Shown piece by piece: positions 19,655 through 29,210 of a stretch of 64,000 nt of DNA. The DNA comes from Alphaproteobacteria bacterium. Its GTDB lineage: Bacteria > Pseudomonadota > Alphaproteobacteria > Bin95. Both the position numbers and the translations under genes were made by a program. Each line of letters starts with the position of its first letter. Within the stretch, counting starts at the first letter, position 1. The notes beneath the pieces were generated by a model. The model had not been told where the DNA came from, did not search any database, and was given only the letters and a program-made list of their open reading frames with translations. The stretch is from contig JACKII010000001.1 in assembly GCA_020638555.1 (NCBI GenBank), positions 1,287,829 through 1,351,828 on the forward strand, read 5' to 3'.

Positions 19655-20132
19655 TTGCAAAGGCGATGGCAGTGACAAAAGCAATGCGTGCGTGAGGCCG
19701 GGTTCCGGCGGTATCCGATGGCTGCGTCGTGTCCGAGGCCGTATCCGAGGCGCGATGTGCGCGGTTGGCCGCTCTCGGCGCTGCGCGGCGGCTACGGTTT
19801 TCCGGCGCGCTCGCACCCCATCGCGTTGCGAGGCCCCGGCGGGCCGAACCCGGCGGTGTGCGGCGGACGGCGGGGCTTCCGCGCCCTTGCCGCCGCTCGG
19901 GGCGGAATTGCGGTCCCGGTCTCGCGTCAAAAAGGGCCATTGAACCGCTTACCGCAATCGATCCTATCTCGCCGGGCGTCGGGGGCAGACGGACGAGGCC
20001 GACTTGAGCGGCGACGGATGCGCAGGGCGCGAGATTGAGGAGCGAGGCCATGGCGCACCGCTACGCACACGATCGCCATCACACGCACGACCCCGCAGCC
20101 GCCCCGCCGGGCGCGGGCCGGGGGGCGCGGCC

Positions 20133-21362
20133 ATGATCCGCCATTCGGTTCGCGGCTGCATCACCGTCATCCCGGTCGTCGCAGCCCTGCTCGTCGCCCC
20201 GCTCGATCCGGCCCTGGCGCACCTGGCCGAGGCGATCACGGCGCGCACGGCCTGGGCCGCCTGGGATTTCACGCCGGATGTGGTCCTGCTCACCGGGTTG
20301 GCGGTGGCGATCTACATGGCCGGCCTGGTCCGGCGGCATGGCAGCAAGGTGACGACCCATTGGTGGCGGCACGCGTTGTTCCTGGCCGGTGTGGCGGCGG
20401 TCTTCCTCGCCCTGGAATCGCCGATCGACCCGATCGCGGAGCACCTGTTTTTCGTGCACCAGATCCAGCACCTGCTGTTGCATATGGTGGGGCCGATGCT
20501 GCTGGCGCTGTCCTGGCCGCAGGCGACGTTGACCGCCGGCCTGCCCGGTGCGGTCAAGACCGGGGTGCTGGCGCCGACCCTGACCAATGTCACGCTGCGG
20601 CGGGTGTTCGGCTTCCTGACCCATCCGGCCATCGTGACCGTGTTGTTCATCCTGTCCCTGTATTTCTGGGAAATCCCGCGCTTCCACAATTTCGCGCTGC
20701 TGAACGAGCCGGTTCACTACCTGATGCATGTCACCATGCTGGTGGCGGGCCTGCTGTTCTGGTGGCGGGTTTTCGACCGGCGTCCGCCGCGAACGCCCAT
20801 CGACCTGGACGACGATTTCGTGCCCTGGTGGCGCCCGTTCGCAAGGCGCCGTGCCGGCCATGGCCTGAATTACGGCGTTCGGCTGATGATGGTGTGGATC
20901 GTCGTTCTCTCCAACATTCTGCTCGGCGCCTACACCACGCTCAAAATGGCCCCGCTCTATACGGCGTATGCGGCGCTGGGGCGTCTGTTCGGCTACACGG
21001 CCCATGCGGACGAGATGCTGGGTGGCTTCGTCATCTGGATTCCCAGCAGCATGATGTGCCTGATCGCCGTGCTGATCGTGATCCATCTCTGGGGGCTGTA
21101 CGAAACCCGGATGGACCGGCTCCGCGTCGCGCGGCCGTTGTCGAATTCCGACGCCCTGCTCTATCCGCGGACCCGTCAGGCGGTGATCGAGCGCGCGGCC
21201 CCCAAGAACCGCGCGGTGGCGAGCGGGCTGGTCGTGTTCGTCATCGGCGTGTTCGTCACGGCCATCGTCACGGGCATTCTCGGCGCCGCGGCGGGTTCCG
21301 GGCGGGCCGCAGCGCCGCAGACGACGCTTCGGCCGCACCGCGGCGGTCACGCGGCGGAGTAG
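20133..21362 (+). CDS. polytopic membrane protein, cytochrome c oxidase assembly factor CtaG (Caa3_CtaG)/CopD-like
   Basis: multiple TM helices with His-rich motifs EHLFFVHQIQHLLLHMVGP and HYLMH; the start is taken at MIRHSVRGC; it lies upstream of the copper cluster. Confidence 0.45.
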   Translation: MIRHSVRGCITVIPVVAALLVAPLDPALAHLAEAITARTAWAAWDFTPDVVLLTGLAVAIYMAGLVRRHGSKVTTHWWRHALFLAGVAAVFLALESPIDPIAEHLFFVHQIQHLLLHMVGPMLLALSWPQATLTAGLPGAVKTGVLAPTLTNVTLRRVFGFLTHPAIVTVLFILSLYFWEIPRFHNFALLNEPVHYLMHVTMLVAGLLFWWRVFDRRPPRTPIDLDDDFVPWWRPFARRRAGHGLNYGVRLMMVWIVVLSNILLGAYTTLKMAPLYTAYAALGRLFGYTAHADEMLGGFVIWIPSSMMCLIAVLIVIHLWGLYETRMDRLRVARPLSNSDALLYPRTRQAVIERAAPKNRAVASGLVVFVIGVFVTAIVTGILGAAAGSGRAAAPQTTLRPHRGGHAAE

Positions 21363-23218
21363 GCTTCCAGCTTTTCCATGTGCAGCAGCCATTGCGCCTC
21401 GGCCCGGTCGAGCGCCTCCGTCACCTCGGCAAACTTCTTTTGCAGCGTCTCCGCCTGCTCGGAACTGGCCTTGGTGTAGAAGTCCGGGTCGGCCAGGGTG
21501 GCGACGATCTTATCCTTGATTCCGGTAAGCTTTTCGACCCGCTCTTCCCAGGCGCGCACGGTCTTGCGCAGGGCCAGGGTTTCCTCCCGGCTCGGCCGTT
21601 TCGCACCGCGGGCGGGTTCGGCGGGTTTGGCCGGCTTTGCCTCCTCTTTCGCCGTGGCGACGCCCTTCAGATACAGGTCGCGATAGGCTTCGAGGTCGTC
21701 CTCGTACGGGCGGACGCGGCCCTTGTGCACCAGCCAGAGCCGGTCGGCGACGGCCGAGAGCAGGTGCATGTCATGGCTGACCAGGATCACGGCGCCGCTA
21801 TAGGCGTTCAGCGCCTCCACCAGCGCCTCGCGGCTTTCGATGTCGAGGTGGTTGGTGGGCTCGTCCAGGATCAGCAGGTGCGGCGCCGGCAGCGTGGCGA
21901 GCAGCAGCGACAGCCGCGCCTTCTGGCCGCCGGACAACCGGCCGACCGGCGTTTCCGCCTGGTCCGGCCCCAGGCCGAAGCCGGCGAGGCGCGCGCGCAG
22001 GCGGCTTTCGTGCTGGCCCGGCTGTTCGCGCATCAGGTGCTGCAACGACGTCTCGCGGACGTCCAGCTCCTCCACCTGGTGCTGGGCGAAAAAGCCGACC
22101 CGCAGCTTGCGCGCCGCCGTGATCTCGCCCGCCATCGGCTTCAGCCGGTCCGACAGCAGCTTGGCGAGCGTGGTCTTGCCCTCGCCGTTGCGGCCGAGCA
22201 GCGCGATGCGGTCGTCCTGGTCCAGGCGCAGGTTCAGGCCCGACAGCACCGGCCGGCCGTCATAGCCGACGGCGACGCCGTCCAGCGTCAGGATCGGCGA
22301 GGCCAGTTCCTCCGGCTCCGGAAAGGTGAAGCGGGTGCGCGCCTCGTCTTCCGGCGCGCGGATGATCTCCATCTTTTCCAGCATCTTGACGCGGGCCTGC
22401 GCCTGCTTCGCCTTGGTGGCCTTGGCGCGGAAGCGGTCGACAAAGCTTTGCAGGTGGGCGCGCCGCGCCTCCTGCTTTTTCGCCTGGGCCGCCTGCAACG
22501 CCCGCTGGGCGGCACGCTGGCGGGCGAACTGGTCATAGGGGCCGGAGTAATAGGTGAGGCTGCGGTTTTCCAGATGCAGGATCGAGCCGACCGCCCGGTT
22601 CAGCAATTGCCGGTCGTGGCTGATGATCAGGACCGTGTGCTCGTAGCGGGCCAGATAGGTCTCCAGCCAGAGCGCGCCTTCCAGGTCCAGATAGTTGGTC
22701 GGCTCGTCCAGCAGCAGATAATCGGGGGCCGAGAACAGCACCGCCGCCAGCGCCACCCGCATGCGCCAGCCGCCGGAAAAGGCGGAGCAGGGCATTTGCT
22801 GCTCGTCGTGGCTGAAGCCCATGCCGGCGAGGATGGTGGCGGCCCGGCTTTCGGCCGACCAGGCGCCGATGTCGGCGAGGCGGGTCTGGATTTCGGCGAT
22901 GCGGGCCGGGTCGCTGGCGGTTTCCGCCTCCGCCAGCAGGGCGGCGCGTTCGGTGTCGGCCGCCAGCACGGTGTCCAGCAGCGAGACCTCGTTGGAGGGA
23001 ACCTCCTGGTCGACGCCGCCGATGCGGGCGCGGGCCGGGATGGCGATCTCGCCGCCATCCGGCTGCAACTCGCCGCGGATCAGGCGAAACAGGGTGGTCT
23101 TGCCGGCGCCGTTGCGGCCGATCAGGCCGACCTTGTGGCCGGTCGGGATCGTGGCCGACGCGTCCTGGAACAGCGGGCGGCCTTCGATGGCGAAATTGAG
23201 GTTGGTGATGCGCAGCAT
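21347..23218 (-). CDS. ABC-F family ATPase (Uup/YheS-like), two ABC domains plus C-terminal coiled coil
   Basis: 623 aa; two Walker A motifs (GRNGAGKTT, GRNGEGKTT); two LSGG signatures; charged helical C-terminal tail. Confidence 0.85.
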   Translation of the reverse strand: MLRITNLNFAIEGRPLFQDASATIPTGHKVGLIGRNGAGKTTLFRLIRGELQPDGGEIAIPARARIGGVDQEVPSNEVSLLDTVLAADTERAALLAEAETASDPARIAEIQTRLADIGAWSAESRAATILAGMGFSHDEQQMPCSAFSGGWRMRVALAAVLFSAPDYLLLDEPTNYLDLEGALWLETYLARYEHTVLIISHDRQLLNRAVGSILHLENRSLTYYSGPYDQFARQRAAQRALQAAQAKKQEARRAHLQSFVDRFRAKATKAKQAQARVKMLEKMEIIRAPEDEARTRFTFPEPEELASPILTLDGVAVGYDGRPVLSGLNLRLDQDDRIALLGRNGEGKTTLAKLLSDRLKPMAGEITAARKLRVGFFAQHQVEELDVRETSLQHLMREQPGQHESRLRARLAGFGLGPDQAETPVGRLSGGQKARLSLLLATLPAPHLLILDEPTNHLDIESREALVEALNAYSGAVILVSHDMHLLSAVADRLWLVHKGRVRPYEDDLEAYRDLYLKGVATAKEEAKPAKPAEPARGAKRPSREETLALRKTVRAWEERVEKLTGIKDKIVATLADPDFYTKASSEQAETLQKKFAEVTEALDRAEAQWLLHMEKLEAYSAA

Positions 23219-23873
23219 GACGGCGGGATGTGCCGGATGCGGGCCGGGCCGTCAATCGGCTAGGCGGGGGAGGGGGCGGGATGCCACGGCCGGTACGGCC
23301 CCGTTGCGGGCGGTGGACAGGGCGGCGGGAATCGCCTATCCAATTCCGGTGTCCAATCCGTCCCCCCGAACAAAATGGTTCGCCCCCTTGTGGTCCCTGC
23401 CCAGTCTCAGGCGGCTGACCCTGGTCATTGCGATGGCCTTGGCTCTGTGCGTTGCGACCCTGGGCGGCAGCGCCGTTGCCTTCGGTCCGGTCCACCAGGC
23501 CGCGGACTGTTGCGATGGCCAGGGCGCCAATGGCGGTTGTGATCGCGGCGGTATGCACCGGGCGGGACACTGGGAGGTCAAGGCGCCGGTTTCCGAACAT
23601 GATAAGGGCCGCGCGCACGAGTGCGGCGCTCTGGCCGGCCATTGCGGCGGCCCGGCCCTCGGCGCGGGCTCCGTTGCGGCGTCCCACTGCCCGATCGGCA
23701 AGGCGAAAGTGGCGCCGGCCGGCGATGGCCCCGCGGCCTCGCGTGTCCTGGACGTCGAGACACCGCCCCCTCGCGTCTAGCGTTTGCAGATGAGGGCTGC
23801 CGGCCGCCGGCCGCGCCTTCATTCGCGGTATTCGTCACCCATTCTGCAAATGTTTCGATACGAGGACCCACTT

Positions 23874-24488
23874 ATGGGCAAATCCCCGATATTTTGTGCG
23901 CCGCGCATCCTGGCCGTAGCGGCGGTCGCCTCCCTCCTTTCGCTGCCGGCTCTGGCGTCCGGCTCCCATGCCGGCGGGCATGGCGACGGACACGGCGGCG
24001 GGCATGGGGGCGGCATGGCCATGCAAGGCCAGCCCGGCGAGGCGGCCAATGTCTCGCGCACCGTGAATGTCGTCATGCACGACAATTCCTACGAGCCGGG
24101 CAGCATCTCGGTTAAGCCGGGCGAGACGGTCCGCTTCAAGATCCGCAATGCCGGCGAACTGGTGCACGAGTTCAATATCGGCACCGCCGCCATGCACGCC
24201 GATCATCAGGAAGAAATGATGATGATGATGCAGCAGGGCGTGCTCATGCCGGACCATATCGACCGGATGGCGGCCCGGCACATGCAGAAGACCATGGGCC
24301 ACGGCATGCACAACGATCCGAACAGCGTGCTGCTGGAGCCGGGCCAGTCCGGGGAGGTGATCTGGACCTTCCCGAAGCAGGCCGCGGCCGAGATCGAATT
24401 CGGCTGCAACGTGCCGGGCCACTACCAGTCCGGCATGCACGGCCAATTCCGGATGCCGGGCCAACCCCACACGAGCGGCGGTTCCTGA
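23874..24488 (+). CDS. periplasmic cupredoxin-like copper-binding protein with His/Met-rich regions (CopI-like)
   Basis: signal peptide; His-rich SGSHAGGHGDGHGGGHGGGM; Met-rich HQEEMMMMMQQG; C-terminal cupredoxin ligand pattern CNVPGHYQSGMHG. Confidence 0.65.
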   Translation: MGKSPIFCAPRILAVAAVASLLSLPALASGSHAGGHGDGHGGGHGGGMAMQGQPGEAANVSRTVNVVMHDNSYEPGSISVKPGETVRFKIRNAGELVHEFNIGTAAMHADHQEEMMMMMQQGVLMPDHIDRMAARHMQKTMGHGMHNDPNSVLLEPGQSGEVIWTFPKQAAAEIEFGCNVPGHYQSGMHGQFRMPGQPHTSGGS

Positions 24489-24562
24489 CCGCCGGGCGAG
24501 GCATTCGGTGCATTGCGCCGGGTGCCCCCTCTCCGATCCAAGCTTCCAACAGAGGATAGACG

Positions 24563-26353
24563 ATGGAGACCATCGGCTTTGTCCGGGCCTGTGCGCTCGG
24601 TCTCGGCCTGGTTGCGCTCCCCATGGGCAGCGCTTCCGCCGACACGTACAATCTCACGGTCGACCGGGTGACGGTCGACACCGGCGACTTCACCAAGACC
24701 GGCGTCGGCTTCAATGGCCGCGCGACGCCGACCGTCCTGCGCTTCCACGAGGGCGAGGCGGTCACGATCAACGTCACCAACAACCTGTCCGAGGATACCT
24801 CGGTCCACTGGCACGGCTTGATCCTGCCGTTCGACCAGGACGGCGTGCCGAAGATCAGCTATCCCGGCATCGCGCCGGGCCAGACCTTCACCTACCGTTT
24901 TCCGATCCGCCAGGCCGGCACCTACTGGTTCCACAGCCATAGCGGCTACCAGGAACCGGACGGGGCCTATGGCGCCATCGTCATCGCGCCGAAGGAGGGC
25001 GAGCCGGTCCGCTATGACCGGGATTATGTGGTGCAACTGGCCGACGCGCATCCGCACCCGGGCAACCGCATCATGCGCAACCTGAAAATGATGCCGGACT
25101 ATTACAACCGCCGCCAGCGCACGCTGTTCGACTTCCTGCGCGACTCGGAGGAGAAGGGGCTGGGGCCCGCGCTCGCCGACCGCCGCGCCTGGGGCGAAAT
25201 GCGGATGATGCCGACGGATATCGAGGATCTCCAGGGCTTCACGCCGCTGATCAACGGCAAGGGGCCGGACCAGAACTGGACCGGCCTGTTCAAGCCGGGC
25301 GAGCGGGTGCGGCTGCGCTTCATCAACTCCTCGGCCATGACCTATTTCGACATCCGCATTCCCGGCCTGAAAATGACGGTGGTGCAGGCGGACGGCAACG
25401 CTGTCGAGCCCGTGCCCGTCGACGAGTTCCGCATCGCCGTGGCCGAGACCTATGACGTGGTCGTCCAGCCCTCGGACGAGAAGGCCTACACGATCTTTGC
25501 CGAATCCATGGGCCGGACGGCCTTTGCCCGCGGCACGCTCGCGCCGCGGCCGGGCATGCGCGCCGCCGTGCCGGCACTGCGCCCGCCGGGGCTCCTGACC
25601 ATGGCCGATATGGGCATGGCTCATGGCGACATGGCGGGCATGGACCATGGCAGCATGGCCGGAATGGACCATGGCGACATGGCGGGCATGGACCATGGCA
25701 GCATGGCCGGAATGGACCATGGCGACATGGGCCAAGGCTCGGACGCCCAGACGCACGCCATGCCGGACGGCAGCCAGATGCCGGGGATGGACCATTCGGG
25801 CCATGCCGGGATGGCGGCCGCCGCCAGGCCGGACCCGTTTTATGCGCCGGGCAGCGGCCTCGCCCCGCAGGCGGCGCAGGCCGGTGGCAAGATGCTGTCC
25901 TATGCCGACCTGAAGGCGCAGCGCCCGCTCTATGCCTACCGCGAGGCGACGCGCGAGATCGAACTCCGCCTGACCGGCAACATGGAGCGCTATATCTGGT
26001 CGATCAACGGCGTGAAATACGAGGACGCCGAGCCGATCCGCCTGCAATACGGCGAGCGCGTGCGCTTCAAATTCGTCAACGAAACCATGATGACCCACCC
26101 GATGCACCTGCACGGCATGTGGTCGATCCTCGACAACGGCAACGGCGCGTGGAACCCGGTCAAGCACGTCATCAGCGTCGCGCCCGGCACGACCGTCACC
26201 ACCGAGACCGAGGTGGATGCGCCCGGCCAATGGGCCTTCCACTGCCATCTTTCCTACCACGCCGACAGCGGCATGTTCCGAAAGGTCGTCGTCGAGGGCG
26301 GTCCGGGCAAGGCCCGTTCCACCGCCTCGGCCGCGCCGGTCACCGGAGGCTGA
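24563..26353 (+). CDS. copA: copper-resistance multicopper oxidase CopA with Met/His-rich insert
   Basis: 596 aa; HWHG and HSH copper sites; HCHLSYH; tandem MAGMDHGS/MAGMDHGD repeats. Confidence 0.85.
   Translation: METIGFVRACALGLGLVALPMGSASADTYNLTVDRVTVDTGDFTKTGVGFNGRATPTVLRFHEGEAVTINVTNNLSEDTSVHWHGLILPFDQDGVPKISYPGIAPGQTFTYRFPIRQAGTYWFHSHSGYQEPDGAYGAIVIAPKEGEPVRYDRDYVVQLADAHPHPGNRIMRNLKMMPDYYNRRQRTLFDFLRDSEEKGLGPALADRRAWGEMRMMPTDIEDLQGFTPLINGKGPDQNWTGLFKPGERVRLRFINSSAMTYFDIRIPGLKMTVVQADGNAVEPVPVDEFRIAVAETYDVVVQPSDEKAYTIFAESMGRTAFARGTLAPRPGMRAAVPALRPPGLLTMADMGMAHGDMAGMDHGSMAGMDHGDMAGMDHGSMAGMDHGDMGQGSDAQTHAMPDGSQMPGMDHSGHAGMAAAARPDPFYAPGSGLAPQAAQAGGKMLSYADLKAQRPLYAYREATREIELRLTGNMERYIWSINGVKYEDAEPIRLQYGERVRFKFVNETMMTHPMHLHGMWSILDNGNGAWNPVKHVISVAPGTTVTTETEVDAPGQWAFHCHLSYHADSGMFRKVVVEGGPGKARSTASAAPVTGG
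25622..25730 (+). repeat. 48-bp perfect tandem duplication inside copA encoding the Met-rich motif
   Basis: catggcgacatggcgggcatggaccatggcagcatggccggaatggac occurs twice back-to-back, followed by a partial third copy. Confidence 0.8.
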
Positions 26354-26357
26354 AGCC

Positions 26358-27062
26358 ATGCGGAAAATCTTGTGCACTGCCGCCGGGGCCCTGGCCGTCG
26401 CCATGGCCACGGCCCTGCCCGCCATGGCCGAGGAGCCGTTCTGGGGGGTCCAGGCCGAGCAATTGGAGGCCCGGCTGACGGAAGGGTCCGATGTCCTCGC
26501 CTGGGATTTCGACGCGCTCTATGGCACGGACGAACTCAAGCTGGTCTGGCGCAGCGAGGCCGAATACGCGACCGCGGACGACCGGTTCGAGAAGCTGGAA
26601 AACCAGATCCGTCTGCAAACCCCGATCTCGACCTTTTTCGACGCGGTGGCGGGGTTCCGGGCGGATACGCCGGCCGGGCCGGACCGCTATTCCGGCGTGA
26701 TCGGCCTTCACGGCCTCGCGCCGCAATGGTTTGAGATCGACCTGGACCTGTTCGTGTCCGACAAGCCGTCGCTGCGGTTCGAGGCGGACTATGAGGCCCT
26801 GATCACCAACCGCATCACCCTGACGCCCAGCGTCGAGGTGGACCTGCCGTTCACGGACGACCACAAGCGGGATATCGGCGCCTTCGGCCCCAGGATCGAG
26901 GTGGGGGCCAGGCTCAGCTACGACCTGATCGACCGCCTGGTCTCGCCCTATGTCGGCGTTCACTACGAACAGAAGTTCGGCGAAACCGCAAACCTGGCCC
27001 GGGCCGCCGGCGAGGATTCCGGCACTGTCTACTTCGTCGTCGGAACCCGGATCCTGTTCTGA
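26358..27062 (+). CDS. copB: copper resistance protein B (outer-membrane)
   Basis: signal peptide MRKILCTAAGALAVAMATALPAMA; CopB family motifs (WDFDALYGTDELKLVWRSEAE); immediately downstream of copA. Confidence 0.8.
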   Translation: MRKILCTAAGALAVAMATALPAMAEEPFWGVQAEQLEARLTEGSDVLAWDFDALYGTDELKLVWRSEAEYATADDRFEKLENQIRLQTPISTFFDAVAGFRADTPAGPDRYSGVIGLHGLAPQWFEIDLDLFVSDKPSLRFEADYEALITNRITLTPSVEVDLPFTDDHKRDIGAFGPRIEVGARLSYDLIDRLVSPYVGVHYEQKFGETANLARAAGEDSGTVYFVVGTRILF

Positions 27063-27065
27063 CCC

Positions 27066-27100
27066 GAACCCCCGGCGGCGCCTCGCCGCCGGGGTCTTTC
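27066..27100. terminator. putative bidirectional terminator between copB and ctrA
   Basis: hairpin cccggcggcg-cctc-gccgccggg followed by gtctttcc. Confidence 0.4.
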
Positions 27101-27144
27101 CCGGCCCCGCGAATTTCGGGCGCTCCTGCGACCCGGAAACCGCG

Positions 27145-27870
27145 TCAGGCGGCCGCGCGCGCGGTGGCCTTGGCGTCGGCCTTGTCCGTCTGCGGCGGCG
27201 GATCGCGCAGCACATAACCCCGTCCCCAGACGGTTTCGATATAGTTCTCGCCGCCGGTCGCCATGTTTAGCTTCTTGCGCAGCTTGCAGATGAAGACGTC
27301 GATGATCTTCACCTCCGGCTCGTCGATGCCGCCATAGAGATGGTTCAGGAACATCTCCTTGGTCAGGGTCGTGCCCTTGCGGATCGAGAGCAGTTCCAGG
27401 ATCTGGTATTCCTTGCCGGTCAGATGCAGCGGCTGGTCGTCCACCTCGGAGGTGCGGGTGTCGAGATTGACGGCGAGCCGGCCGGTGCGGATCACCGATT
27501 CCGAGTGGCCGCGGGCCCGGCGGATGATGGCGTGCACGCGCGCCACCAGTTCCCGCCGGTCGAACGGCTTGGTCAGATAGTCGTCGGCACCGATGCCGAA
27601 ACCCTTGATCTTGCTGTCCGGCTCGGCCAGACCCGACAGGATGAGGGTCGGTGTGTCCACCTTGGCCGACCGCAGCCGGCGCAACACCTCATAGCCGTCG
27701 ATATCCGGCAGCAGAATGTCGAGAATGATCAGGTCGTAATCGTAGAGCTTGCCGATTTCGAGACCGTCTTCGCCAAGATCGGTCGTGTCGCACACGAAAC
27801 CATCCGCCTTCAGGATGGCTTCGACGGTTCGCGCTGTCGCGTTGTCGTCTTCCACAATTAAGACACGCAT
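27145..27870 (-). CDS. ctrA: cell-cycle master response regulator CtrA (OmpR family)
   Basis: near-identical to canonical CtrA blocks: [105 protein letters not shown]. Confidence 0.92.
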   Translation of the reverse strand: MRVLIVEDDNATARTVEAILKADGFVCDTTDLGEDGLEIGKLYDYDLIILDILLPDIDGYEVLRRLRSAKVDTPTLILSGLAEPDSKIKGFGIGADDYLTKPFDRRELVARVHAIIRRARGHSESVIRTGRLAVNLDTRTSEVDDQPLHLTGKEYQILELLSIRKGTTLTKEMFLNHLYGGIDEPEVKIIDVFICKLRKKLNMATGGENYIETVWGRGYVLRDPPPQTDKADAKATARAAA

Positions 27871-28068
27871 TCGCCTTACCTCGGTTCGATTCGGTTCTCA
27901 AAGTGTCATGCTTAATATCACCTTATCTTTGCATTCTTAACAAGAACTAAATTTTTGGTTGTATTTCTGGATATACAGCGAACGACCGAGGTGCGCGATT
28001 TTGTTGTCATTTCGGCCGGTTGGTCGAAGCGACAGAGGGTACTACCCGCATAGGTTGTGGCGAATCGG

Positions 28069-28356
28069 TTAACCGTCGTTGGCTTGGCGGTACTGGCCGG
28101 CCCGCGTCGTGCGCAATCCGGCCAGACCGTAGGCCTCGACCAGGCGTTGCCAGGACGCGATTTCCTCCTGGCTCAGATTGTAGCGCGTGCACGCCTCGTC
28201 GAGGGTCAACAGCCCGCCGCGAACCGCCGCCACGACCTCTGCCTTGCGGCGGACGACCCAGCGTTTGGTGTCCGGCGGCGGCAGGGTTTCCAGGGTGAGC
28301 GGTTCGCCGGTCGGCCCGATGACGCGGCGTGGCGTTTTGGTGGCTTCGTGCTGCAT
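28069..28356 (-). CDS. sciP: DUF1153-family small transcription factor, SciP-like CtrA antagonist
   Basis: 95 aa; TKRWVVRRKAEVVAAVRGGLLTLDEACTRYNLSQEEIASWQRLVEAYGLAGLRTT; adjacent to and co-oriented with ctrA. Confidence 0.7.
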   Translation of the reverse strand: MQHEATKTPRRVIGPTGEPLTLETLPPPDTKRWVVRRKAEVVAAVRGGLLTLDEACTRYNLSQEEIASWQRLVEAYGLAGLRTTRAGQYRQANDG

Positions 28357-28674
28357 GGTTGGTCAGAACCCGATTGACGGTGCCATGCCGTCCTGGCTCC
28401 CTCCGCTTTGGCCGGACTCTAACGCCGCAGGGTTGCCAAACGCCTAATGTCGGCGGATTTGCGATGAGATATTGGGTGCGGATGTCGTATTATGTTACTG
28501 TTAAGAAAAGGGTCCGGCGGATTGCGCTTTCTCCGTGTATGCGTACGGCGGTGCATGTTGCTGATTTCGTGGGCACAAACCGACCAAAACTGCCACAATC
28601 AAAGCGTTGACCCGCCGCCCGGAACGCGGTAACAGCCCCGCCTAGGCATTGTACTTTCGGCTAGGGGAGGCCGC

Positions 28675-29091
28675 ATGGAAGTCGTCCTACCGCCGGACTA
28701 TCAACCGTCCGAGCAGGAAGAGTTCATGAACCCGCTACAGGTGGAGTATTTCCGACAGAAGCTTCAGGAATGGCGCGACCAACTGCTTGAGGAAGCCGAG
28801 CAGACGCTGAATTCGCTGCAATCGGACAGCCTGGCCCAGCCGGACTGGACCGATCGGGCGTCGATGGAAACCGACCGGGCGCTGGAACTGCGCACCCGGG
28901 ATCGGGCGCGCAAGTTGATCGTCAAGATCAACGAGGCGCTGAACCGGGTCGAGGATGGGTCTTACGGCTTTTGCGAGGAAACCGCACAGCCCATCGGCAT
29001 CAAACGGCTGATGGCGCGGCCGATCGCGACGCTCAGCATCGAGGCGCAGGAACGGCACGAACGGATGGAGCGCTCGCACCGCAACGATTGA
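28675..29091 (+). CDS. dksA: RNA polymerase-binding transcription factor DksA (Cys-poor alphaproteobacterial type)
   Basis: 138 aa; coiled-coil plus C-terminal DksA/TraR finger region GSYGFCEETAQPIGIKRLMARP. Confidence 0.85.
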   Translation: MEVVLPPDYQPSEQEEFMNPLQVEYFRQKLQEWRDQLLEEAEQTLNSLQSDSLAQPDWTDRASMETDRALELRTRDRARKLIVKINEALNRVEDGSYGFCEETAQPIGIKRLMARPIATLSIEAQERHERMERSHRND

Positions 29092-29092
29092 T

Positions 29093-29124
29093 GCCGGTCA
29101 GCCCGAGGCGGCCGGCATTTTTGC
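29093..29124 (+). terminator. intrinsic terminator after dksA
   Basis: gccggtcagcccgaggcggccggc hairpin followed by atttttg. Confidence 0.5.
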
Positions 29125-29210
29125 GGTGTGGGTCTTCACGGTTTGTCAACCAAAACGGGTATGATTAAGGTGTTACGCACCTTTCCCTGCCCGAAGGTTG
29201 CGCCATCGCC

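Noticed and set aside
19655-20132. 480-bp gap with several 80-120-aa ORFs between the LuxR regulator and the CtaG-like gene
   Set aside because: All candidate ORFs are Arg/Gly/Pro-rich GC-frame translations without a start context or motifs. It is treated as intergenic.
25622-25730. Tandem 48-bp repeats, considered as a possible CRISPR or VNTR locus
   Set aside because: The repeats are in-frame codons of the copA Met-rich segment. They have no spacers and no cas genes.
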